From contig AP039690.1 in assembly GCA_051599415.1 (NCBI GenBank), positions 868,001-932,000 of the forward strand: a stretch of 64,000 nucleotides of DNA, in the 5' to 3' direction. The translations under genes and the position numbers were made by a program. The notes under the pieces were generated by a model that made no database searches, had not been told where the DNA came from, and saw only the letters and a list, made by a program, of their open reading frames with translations. Shown piece by piece: positions 43,027 to 52,180 of this stretch. Origin of the DNA: Savitreella phatthalungensis. Lineage: Eukaryota. Numbering within the stretch: the stretch's first letter is position 1; the number at the start of each line of letters is the position of its first letter.

Positions 43027-44973
43027 CTACAACTTGGCTTTTGAGCTAGCTGATGGTTCAAGCACACATAGCAATGAGGCCTCGCCAATTTGCTCGCCCA
43101 CCTTGATGTCCTCGGGTATGCTCTTGACCGTGCCCGTGCGAGGACTACGCACGTCGATCTCCATCTTCATTTGCCGTAGTACAGCGATGACCTCGCCTTC
43201 GGCCACAAAATCACCTGATTCCACCAGGAGCTCAACGAGAATTCCTGAGAATGGTGAGGCGACCTGCCAAGGGTCCCGTTTGTCCGCCTTTGCGTGTCTC
43301 GTTGCTCCTTGAGCTCGTTTGAGTGTGAATTCCTTTGCTTCAGTCGAGCCAACCGGCAGGAACTCCGCAGCCACATGTTTTGGCCAATCCATGCGACGCA
43401 ATTTCGTCACTTCCAGTAGCTGAGGTGCACCTCCCCCAAGTGAGAATTCAAATTTGTCACCCTGCCTGAAAAGCTGCCCTGAGTTCGAGCCGGACTGTGT
43501 CCAATCCCGACTTGCCGCCTGACTAGCTTTGACTTGTGCCTGACTGAGCCTCTGCGCCTGATGTTCGCGCTTTGTCAAGTACGCTTGACCTGCACCGACA
43601 ATACGGGAGACCATCGATGCATTGGACAGTGTCGTGATGTCAATAAGACCCGGCCGGTGGAGCAGATTGCTGCGTGTTAGACCAATGAGAAGAGATTGAT
43701 TAGTGTCGACGCCATTGATGCGAAGCGATCGTAGTGCTGCTACAGATCGCCGTAAGGCGATCTTGTAGGTGGCGCCGGAACAGATGACTTTCGCTACCAT
43801 GTTATCGAAGAAATCCGACACCAAGTAGGATGTCGTATTGCTGAGAAGAGAGTCAACACGAACACCAGGTCCGGCAGGCAAATTATGCGACGAAATCAGC
43901 CCGGTCGCAGGGGCGAACGTGATAGGATCTTCCGTGTTGACCCGACTCTGAATGGCATGACCCAAGGGAGCGTGTGGAAATGAGATCGACTCCAAGTTCA
44001 GTCCGTCGAGGCAGACGCCTAACAAGAGCTGCACCAGGTCTATGCCAGTAACTTCCTCCGTGATGGTGTGTTCCACCTGGATTCGCGGGTTGCACTCCAT
44101 GAAATAAAACGGAACTGATTCGCCGGCTGCGCGCGCGTCCACTAGAAATTCGAAAGTGCCGAGACCAATATATCCAACGCGCCGTGCCAGCTTCAAAGAC
44201 GCTTCGATGATCGGTGCCACACGATCGCGGGTCAAGGAAGAAGGCGCGATTTCAATCACCTTCTGGAAGCGACGCTGAAGCGAGCACTCTCGTTCGAAGA
44301 CATGTCTTACATTCCCATATCGATCACCAACGATTTGAACTTCAACGTGCTTGAACCCCCGGAGAGCGGCCTTCTCACAAAAGACTTGGCGCGATGGTGA
44401 TTCGTTGATAGCTTCTCCAAATGCACGTTCAGCTTCAGCAGATGACTCCACAATTCGGATACCGCGGCCTCCGCCACCGTCTTTGGCCTTGATGATGACT
44501 GGGAAGCCGACCTGATTCGCGAACTTGAGGACTCCATCCACGTCGTTCACGGCTGAAGTGGAAGGTAAGGTCGAGACGCCCACGTTAGCAGCCAATGCCT
44601 TTGCTTCGGTCTTATCACCGAGAGTCGCTAGCACGTCAGCAGACGGGCCAATGAATGTCATACCTGCTTGCATCACTGCTCGCGCAAAGGCCGCCGATTC
44701 ACTCAGGAACCCGTAGCCAGGAGCTATGCCTTTGCAGAGCCCACGTCTCGCGATGTCGACAATCTTTTCGATGTCCATGTACTGTGCCGGGGAATCAAGC
44801 CTGATAGAAACCGTGGCGTCGATCGCGTGCGCACCATCGTTGTCGGTGAACAGCGCGATGGTCTCAATACCACGCTCGTGACATGCGTTGATCAGCCGAA
44901 CTGCGATCTCGCCTCTGTTGGCGATCAGCACACGGTTCTCTGGCCCCGTCGGAGGCTTTCTCATGCCCCGCAT
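43027..44973 (-). CDS. Biotin carboxylase-BCCP (acyl-CoA carboxylase alpha subunit) with C-terminal PTS1 -AKL
   Basis: VLIANRGEIA, PGYGFLSE, KAKDGGGGRGIR, ERECSLQRRFQK, ECNPRIQVEH, GPGVRVD; biotinyl motif RQMKM; ends SKAKL*. Confidence 0.92.
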   Translation of the reverse strand: MRGMRKPPTGPENRVLIANRGEIAVRLINACHERGIETIALFTDNDGAHAIDATVSIRLDSPAQYMDIEKIVDIARRGLCKGIAPGYGFLSESAAFARAVMQAGMTFIGPSADVLATLGDKTEAKALAANVGVSTLPSTSAVNDVDGVLKFANQVGFPVIIKAKDGGGGRGIRIVESSAEAERAFGEAINESPSRQVFCEKAALRGFKHVEVQIVGDRYGNVRHVFERECSLQRRFQKVIEIAPSSLTRDRVAPIIEASLKLARRVGYIGLGTFEFLVDARAAGESVPFYFMECNPRIQVEHTITEEVTGIDLVQLLLGVCLDGLNLESISFPHAPLGHAIQSRVNTEDPITFAPATGLISSHNLPAGPGVRVDSLLSNTTSYLVSDFFDNMVAKVICSGATYKIALRRSVAALRSLRINGVDTNQSLLIGLTRSNLLHRPGLIDITTLSNASMVSRIVGAGQAYLTKREHQAQRLSQAQVKASQAASRDWTQSGSNSGQLFRQGDKFEFSLGGGAPQLLEVTKLRRMDWPKHVAAEFLPVGSTEAKEFTLKRAQGATRHAKADKRDPWQVASPFSGILVELLVESGDFVAEGEVIAVLRQMKMEIDVRSPRTGTVKSIPEDIKVGEQIGEASLLCVLEPSASSKAKL

Positions 44974-45239
44974 GAGTGACTATTCAGACTGACGACGGAA
45001 GTGACCACACGCCTACAGGTGGACTACGTTGGTCTCCTGTGCCCTTAAAGTCATGAATTCGATGATCAACTTCGCGTGTAATCCCGTTCGGATCTCGGTA
45101 CGGGGTAGCACAACTCGAAATTGCGGGGTTCAGAGTGCAGAACTGGCATGAGTTGAAGACATCCCGATGAGACGACAGTGACTGCAGCATCTCGACAATC
45201 ATCGCAATAGAGGCGTGACATCAACGATCAAGTGTGAGA

Positions 45240-46895
45240 ATGCCAAACGAGCGGCGCAAGCAGCGAAGAGCTGCAGACTGGTCCCCAGTACTCGATCGTA
45301 TCAGGCATATTCAGCATCTCTCTCGGGCTCCGCCCAAGGATACACGCGGCTACCAGGCGCACATCCGAGCAGGGAAGCAATGGGTGAGAGAAAGAATTAA
45401 ATGCCTCGTCGACGAGGGCAGCTTCCAAGAGATTGGTAGTGTCACTGGAACGGCGGAATATGAGGAGGCGAATAAAGTCAAAAGTTTTGTGCCTACGAAT
45501 ATGGTGACAGGACTTTGTAAGCTTAATTGCCGTCCTGTCGCTCTTGCTGCTGACGATTTTACAATCCGAGCGGGCCATGCTGACGGTGCGCTGTATGCCA
45601 AAGCTGCATATATCGAGCAACTAGCTCAGAGTCTGAAGATGCCGCTCATAAGGCTCATTGACGGTGCCTCTGGCGGTGGCTCTGTTGCTGTATACAAAGA
45701 GATTGGCTTCACATACATCCCACCTTCGACTGGAGCTGGCTGGCAGACGATGGTGGACTCCTTGTCAGTGATTCCCGTGATAGGATGCATCCTTGGGGCA
45801 TCCATTGGCCTTGGAGCGGCCAAAGCATCGACGACGCATTTCTCCGTCATCTGCGCACCTATCGGATCACTTTTCAATGCAGGCCCGGTTGTCGTGGAGG
45901 CAGCTGGCATTGAATCTGGGCTGAGCAACGCTGAACTTGGGGGCCCCGAGGTCGTTTGCACCAACGGCGCGATTGACAACTTCGGAGCAACTGAGGAAGA
46001 ATGCTTCGCAATCATTCGCAAATTCTTGTCTTATCTGCCCTCGAGTGTGCTTGAGCTTCCACCGACGCGTAGATACGACGCTGCCTCGGTTGAGGAGCGT
46101 GCTCGTCGGCATAAGTTCTTGGACACCTGTATTCCGAATCAGTCTAACCGTGCATATGCCATCCGACCGGTGATCGAGGCTCTTGTCGACGCCGATAGCT
46201 GGTTTGAGGTTGGCCCGAAATGGGGCTCACCTTGTGTCGCTGGCCTCGCACGTGTGCGAGGCAGGCCTTGCGGCATGATTGCATGGGACACAGAGAGTGC
46301 TTCGCTCGGGAATTTAACAGCTGAAGCTGCGAAAAAGCTTAAGCGTCATGTCGAGCTCTGCTCGCGATTCGGTTTGCCAATCGTTCAGCTTGTGGATATG
46401 TCGGGATTTGCGATCGGTTCAGCAGCAGAGCGGGCAGGGACGATGCGTGCTGGTGTGGACGCAATACTTTCTGTTTATCAGGCTAGTGTGCCCTTCTTCA
46501 ATGTGGTCATCCGAAAATGCTACGGGGTTGCCGGCGCCTTCCTTGTGGACAACAAATTGCCACATTTCCGGATTGCGTGGCCTTCCGGAGAATGGGGCTC
46601 CCTCCCACTGGCCGGCGGTATCGAAGCTGCCTATGCCTGGCCACTGAAGCAGGCGATGCAAAAAGGCGGGCCAGAAGCACGTAAGGATCTCTATGAGAAA
46701 CTCAAGGCAGAGTTCGATGTGCTTGGCGATCCAGTCCGCACGGCGATCAACTTCGGCATCGAGGAAATTGTACAACCCTCGCAGACGCGTGCCATTGTGG
46801 CTGGCTGGCTGGAGCGTATCTATGAAGTGCACCTGCCAATGCGACTGAAGATTGAGCAGCTCAAGCACTCGCTGATCGGCAAGAGCCTTTTGTAA
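45240..46895 (+). CDS. Carboxyltransferase (acyl-CoA carboxylase beta subunit)
   Basis: VRERIKCLVDEGSF, ADDFTIRAG, GASGGGS, LFNAGPVVV, ELGG, VDMSGFAIG..AE, IRKCYG, AWPSGEWGSLP; ATG at 45240. Confidence 0.92.
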   Translation: MPNERRKQRRAADWSPVLDRIRHIQHLSRAPPKDTRGYQAHIRAGKQWVRERIKCLVDEGSFQEIGSVTGTAEYEEANKVKSFVPTNMVTGLCKLNCRPVALAADDFTIRAGHADGALYAKAAYIEQLAQSLKMPLIRLIDGASGGGSVAVYKEIGFTYIPPSTGAGWQTMVDSLSVIPVIGCILGASIGLGAAKASTTHFSVICAPIGSLFNAGPVVVEAAGIESGLSNAELGGPEVVCTNGAIDNFGATEEECFAIIRKFLSYLPSSVLELPPTRRYDAASVEERARRHKFLDTCIPNQSNRAYAIRPVIEALVDADSWFEVGPKWGSPCVAGLARVRGRPCGMIAWDTESASLGNLTAEAAKKLKRHVELCSRFGLPIVQLVDMSGFAIGSAAERAGTMRAGVDAILSVYQASVPFFNVVIRKCYGVAGAFLVDNKLPHFRIAWPSGEWGSLPLAGGIEAAYAWPLKQAMQKGGPEARKDLYEKLKAEFDVLGDPVRTAINFGIEEIVQPSQTRAIVAGWLERIYEVHLPMRLKIEQLKHSLIGKSLL

Positions 46896-46939
46896 TTTCA
46901 CAATGACGCACCTGCTTCGAAACTCGACAGATGGCACCT

Positions 46940-48862
46940 TCAATGTGCTTGATCAGCCTCTGATGCGCCGCCTGCTTGCGTTCTGGAGGATCTGGATGCT
47001 GCGCTGTCAATGACGCTGCCTTCAAGCTGGACACGAGTATGCTCCTGATCGGCGTGAGCTTCGTATGAGATCTGGCGGAAGGTCGCGCGACAAGAATCCG
47101 GTTCGCCGGCAGCGGCAGCAGCAGCAGCAGTCACAGCGGCAAGGTTCTCGTCTTGCTGACGATTGCCCGCACGGTTGTGATTTGGCGATTGATGTAGACG
47201 TGAGTCCCTGCCAGGTATGCTGCTCTTGGACGCACTCTTTGACCCACCTTCATATGCTTTATTCACAGGAGCGAGGCGATCACCTGTGAACATTTGCTGC
47301 ACTGCTGGTGTATTACGGGAGGCTGCGACGTCAAGACACTGCTCATCCTGCTGCTGTGATGGCCATGGGCTCGAGCTCGATATTGACATCGATGATTTCG
47401 GATATGCTGTGGGCTGGCGCACCATCGGCGCTGCACCCCAATGACGTGACACTGTCTCGATAGCCCTCGCCTTCGGGAAGTTGAAATTTGCAAAAGATTG
47501 GTACTGTCCTTTCAATGGATACTGAGGGTGCTTGTCGAAAGCGCTCCACGACTCTCTCGCTCGCGTCTCCTCTTGCCGAAGTGTTGCATGCTGATTTACC
47601 GACGGGATTTGTGGCGTCGGGGGAGACTGCTGTGCGGGTGGTTGCGGATAGGTGGACGATATTTGTCGCCATTGCCCTTGAGACGACGCCTGAACAGCCC
47701 CTGAAATTTGCTGAGCCGGCTTCGTGCCTGTGCCTGCAACATTTGCAGATTGCCACGGCAGTCTCATATCGCCTGCGTCGTTTCCGCTGACAGGAATCTG
47801 AGCGCGCATCACCCCGTAAGATCGCGCTGCAGACTGCTTTGCCGATGTCGGAGATGGCGCTGTAAGTGTGGTTTTGATGACTTGGCTTGAGCCCGATCGC
47901 AAGACGTTCTCAACGTCAGGCCCGCTGTAAACACTCGGATATGCCCGAGAAGACATGACTCGTTCGGCGTCTGACGCACTCATGCGTTTGAGTTTCGCTC
48001 TGCGATTCTGGAACCAGACCTGGATCTGCCTGGCAGACAGTCCTGGCACGACCCTTGCCAGACGGCCCCTCTGAGCTGCATCTGGATGGGGGTCCTTGGC
48101 GAACTCATTCAGCAGATATCGCGTTTCTTGATGCGTTAAGCGATGGCGCCTGAGATTTTTCTTGCTGAAAGGTTTAGGGCCGATGAAACCGGGTCTGCTC
48201 GAAGGATCTGTTCGGCCGGCAGAACGAAGGGGCGTTTTACCTTTGCCTTCAACCTCCACCATTTCTGAAGAAAAATTTGAGCCGCTGTCGATGTCGGCGT
48301 CGTCTTCAATTACATCGTCTTCGTCCTCGATGTCGTGGTCAGCGGCATTAGAACCAAAATTTTGGTTGTTCTTGGCCGAAGAGAGAAGCACAGAGTCTGT
48401 CGACGCTCGGCGCGTTCGTAGGGCATAGCGGGCCTCGTCATGATGTATCATGTTACCCAAATTCCGCGAGCAACCCCATGAGCTTGGAGGTCCGGTGGTG
48501 CCCTTTGCACCGGAGAGATACGTATTGGTCGATTCACCCATGAAGCGATTCGACGTGGGCGACGCATATCCCGAGTTAGCCAAGGTCTGAGAATGTGAAC
48601 CAGTCCATGCTGCAGTCGCAGCGACTGTCAAGTTGGTCATGGTCCCATCAGAAGATGAGGTAGGCCTTGCCAGAACCGAGAGTCCGTCGATCTCTTGAAC
48701 GGTCGCTCTTGTGCGGTCTGCCAGTGGCTCGACGCGCGGCCGTTCTGTGTCCTCACCAGGACAAGACCCAGAAGCTGATCCGACTGGGGCATTGATTCGA
48801 TGTGTCATGCTAGATTCCCGCGATGCGATCTTGCCAAGAGAACCTCGCGTGACCGCAGGCAT
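46940..48862 (-). CDS. Homeodomain transcription factor
   Basis: Homeodomain RRHRLTHQETRYLLNEFAKDPHPDAAQRGRLA...QIQVWFQNRRAKLKR at ~48151-47984. First ATG 48862; the 5' end is uncertain. Confidence 0.88.
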   Translation of the reverse strand: MPAVTRGSLGKIASRESSMTHRINAPVGSASGSCPGEDTERPRVEPLADRTRATVQEIDGLSVLARPTSSSDGTMTNLTVAATAAWTGSHSQTLANSGYASPTSNRFMGESTNTYLSGAKGTTGPPSSWGCSRNLGNMIHHDEARYALRTRRASTDSVLLSSAKNNQNFGSNAADHDIEDEDDVIEDDADIDSGSNFSSEMVEVEGKGKTPLRSAGRTDPSSRPGFIGPKPFSKKNLRRHRLTHQETRYLLNEFAKDPHPDAAQRGRLARVVPGLSARQIQVWFQNRRAKLKRMSASDAERVMSSRAYPSVYSGPDVENVLRSGSSQVIKTTLTAPSPTSAKQSAARSYGVMRAQIPVSGNDAGDMRLPWQSANVAGTGTKPAQQISGAVQASSQGQWRQISSTYPQPPAQQSPPTPQIPSVNQHATLRQEETRARESWSAFDKHPQYPLKGQYQSFANFNFPKARAIETVSRHWGAAPMVRQPTAYPKSSMSISSSSPWPSQQQDEQCLDVAASRNTPAVQQMFTGDRLAPVNKAYEGGSKSASKSSIPGRDSRLHQSPNHNRAGNRQQDENLAAVTAAAAAAAGEPDSCRATFRQISYEAHADQEHTRVQLEGSVIDSAASRSSRTQAGGASEADQAH

Positions 48863-49991
48863 GTATGTGGTCGCTTGCGATGTATTCCACAAAGATAGAC
48901 CTTGATATAGATTAAACTTCGGCGTGTCACTGTCGTTCACGGCTTCGTCCGGCGGTATTTCCTGTGATCCTCTTTCCGGGAGAGATGTCTCCCAATAGCC
49001 TCTGAGTATTCAGAAATCAGTCCTTCTTTGGTCACTCTGAGTGTCCGGCGTGCTGTGCTGTTGATGTAAACGCTCTTGAGTTTGACTAGAGGCGAGAAGT
49101 CAACCTCGCAACTTAGCAACAAGAACTTGATCGCAGGTAGATATTGCTCGCGACCTCCCTGGTGTAGTGGTCGCGACAATTCAGAATGTGCGGGCTGTAC
49201 GAAGTGCGTACCGTAGCTTCGATGAAAGCAGAGCCTCGCGCGTTGGTTGCTTTGAGGAAGTATGTTGAGTAGCAAATTTTTAGCGCAGCGCCTTTTCCGA
49301 GAGAAATGCTGACTCAAGCGGGCAATCGCGCGTGCACGTTGCAAATGAAGTATCTCAATAGAGTACGAGACAGTTCTAGATCGACTGCATGCGAAGCTGA
49401 AGCTCCTGCAAGGTCAGGCGACTTGGTATGTTTGCGATCCTGCTGCAGGGACTTTATAAGCTAATGTCACGGAGGCGAAAGAACGAGTCGCCTGACGCGA
49501 ATGTGACGAAAGAGCATACATCAATCTAACTGGACTCTGCGTTTGCGATTGTCAATAGTCGCGTGTCGATCCTGCGACTGTCGCAGACAAATGAGTTGTC
49601 ACCACGTACAATATAAAATTGTAGATTGCCTGGACGAGTGGCGACAACGTTGGCAGTTTCAAGTGCTTCACTAGTCCGCTTTTCCAGTCGCGCATCATCA
49701 CGCGCGTGTGATTGAGCGCAAAGGACTCGTGCTGAAAGGTTTGAAGGCGGGATAAGGCTTGCTTGTTGAAACAATTTCAGTAAGAGATTGAACCTGAGCG
49801 CTGGAAGCACTTAGCTTCTATGAGACAAAGCATCTGCCATGAAAGAATGTTGTGTTGCCTTTGGGAAAGAGACTTGTCGTCTTGATTGCATATTTGCGAA
49901 GTGCAGCATCGACCACTAGGGGGTGCATAACGTTTCGTCTAGGCAATCCAAACTGCATGATCAGGCTCAAGAGCCAGCACTGAAATACTAA

Positions 49992-51656
49992 TTACACTAT
50001 TCTTGGCCTTTTGTTCTCCACCGATCGAGCAGGATTGTTAACTTCAAGATCATCTTCATCAGCGGCACGCTTACTCGGAGACACAAAGTTCTGCAGAGGT
50101 AACGGAGGCGAGACATGTTTAATAGATGGCAAAGGCTGATTTTCCTTTTGCCGAGCTTGACGTTCTGCTCTGGCACGTAGGAGGGCATGAAGGTTGCCAC
50201 CCGCTGTTTCGTCTGCCAAAAGGTCATAGTCGGATTCCCTTGCGCGTCGGAATGCACACCAGACTCTGCTTGACATGATGGTCTTGTGCATAGCTTTTTC
50301 GTCGCCGTCGCCAGCCAGCGCAGCCTTTATCTGACTTTCTTTGTACTGGCCGTATAAGTCGTCAATGCTGGGTCCAGCCGGCTGCGCAATAATCTCCTCC
50401 ATTGAGCAAACGCCGCCATCTTTCCAAATCTTGGACAGGGAAGCACTCCCCATGGCGTGCGGCCACGACCGTTTCGGAGACGATAATTTCGCGAAATACT
50501 CGTTGGCAGCCGCGAATCGTTCGCTGGGCAATGCCGGTCTTTCATACGCCGGACACGATCTCGCCTTCCAATCGAACCAGACTTTATCCGAAGCGAGGAT
50601 CGCGCTGACAAGGTCGCGAAGATTCGGCGAATCGATCTTGCGTGAATCAAGAATAGCACAGATTGCTGAATCGTAATCAGCGGCGCGACGCACTTGTTCA
50701 AGTGGGACACTAAATGCTGGCAACATCGACTTGTTCGTCGGTTGCAGTGACCCGGCGCTAGGACCGTGTATCTGGATATAGGCTAGTATGACAAGAGCCT
50801 GAATGAGCATATGTCTTCGAAACGTCGGATCAGCGAGTTCGAATTGGAGTAGCCTGCGTGTAGTGAGCAGTCGGGATGTGAAGAACGATTGAGCCTGCAT
50901 GGCAATGGGTCCAACATCAAAACCGTTGAGGGTCTCGATTTGTTGAAATGCTTCAATCATGGTCCCTAAGCTCGACATGAAGTCTGTCAGGACGGCCTGG
51001 GATCGCAGTGCTGAAGGATTGCAAAATGTCCGCTGGAGCAAGAGAATCGTGTCCCACAAATCGGAGGCGAGTTTGGAAAGGTCAACCTGCCCCGGCAAAG
51101 ACATCACATCGCCTCGATCAGAATCGTCAATAGCGAGAATCTTGTCTGAATTGAAGTCGCCAGCGCGATTCACCGCGCTCCGCTCGGACAAGGGAAAGGC
51201 GAAGCTCAAAAAGATGAGAATTCGACTGCTAAATGCTGCATGGCGACCTTTGCTGAGACGTCGTAAAAGCTCATTGCACAGCCGCAGTAGTGTCAGTCCG
51301 GCACCCATATTCGACGTCAGTTTCTCGCGATTTTGCTCAAGCCAACCAAAGAGGTGTTCACATTCGACCAGAGCTAAGGAGTCGAAAGCGCTTTCCAGTA
51401 GCTGTGCTGGTAATTCCCTGAAACAGAGCTCCGCATTAACCAAAGCCTGAACGATGTCAAGCAGCGCCGTGATCGTCGCAACGACAGTCTCGGCGGATTT
51501 CCTAGACTGATCGAGCTGATCGCAGAGTATATCATGCGCCGTAGCTTCTACAGTCGAAGCCAACGATTCCAGTGGTACAGACGCTACCAAGCGTTCCCGC
51601 AACTTCTCGACATCGCTACCCGCCTCGATAACAGCGCTCTTGACAATGTCTATCAT
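49992..51656 (-). CDS. HPR1: THO complex subunit 1 (Hpr1/THOC1)
   Basis: LLRLCNELLRRLSK, RILIFLSFAFPLSERSAVN..GDFN, ELADPTFRRHMLIQ, WFDWKARSCP. Confidence 0.92.
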   Translation of the reverse strand: MIDIVKSAVIEAGSDVEKLRERLVASVPLESLASTVEATAHDILCDQLDQSRKSAETVVATITALLDIVQALVNAELCFRELPAQLLESAFDSLALVECEHLFGWLEQNREKLTSNMGAGLTLLRLCNELLRRLSKGRHAAFSSRILIFLSFAFPLSERSAVNRAGDFNSDKILAIDDSDRGDVMSLPGQVDLSKLASDLWDTILLLQRTFCNPSALRSQAVLTDFMSSLGTMIEAFQQIETLNGFDVGPIAMQAQSFFTSRLLTTRRLLQFELADPTFRRHMLIQALVILAYIQIHGPSAGSLQPTNKSMLPAFSVPLEQVRRAADYDSAICAILDSRKIDSPNLRDLVSAILASDKVWFDWKARSCPAYERPALPSERFAAANEYFAKLSSPKRSWPHAMGSASLSKIWKDGGVCSMEEIIAQPAGPSIDDLYGQYKESQIKAALAGDGDEKAMHKTIMSSRVWCAFRRARESDYDLLADETAGGNLHALLRARAERQARQKENQPLPSIKHVSPPLPLQNFVSPSKRAADEDDLEVNNPARSVENKRPRIV

Positions 51657-52180
51657 CAGATTGACATAATCGAGAGCAAGCGGGGGCTCACAAAGTCGGA
51701 TCGCGCTGATGATGGCTAAAATCCGGCTTGGTGAGTTGCAGGAAAGGCCACAAAGAGCTTGTCGTCAATTAAAGTACAGATACAGGCTCGATCCACGCGC
51801 GCATTATTGAGCCATATCAATATCCCTGCAGGTCCTTGTTGATCAAGGCGTGGAACCGGCAGAGTAAACTAAATGTAAATTGCTGTGCATACAGCATGCA
51901 CGTGTGTTAGAATTCATGCGCGCAGCGTGTACCCTATATTCAGGTATGCATTCAATCGTGCGAGCGATTCAGCGTGTCGATGCATCGATATAATCTACCA
52001 CGGACTTCCGCGATAGATGCACCAATAAATTTACAGAATTTAGATCTGATGTGGAAGCAGCAAGGCAGTCTTTCATCTCTGACACTTGGCTCGACCTCCG
52101 TGCGCAGCTTCTTGAGCTGTCCGATGCTGAGATGCAGAGTGAATCCTGATGCAGCGAACTCCTACTTCAGGAGGTTGGAA

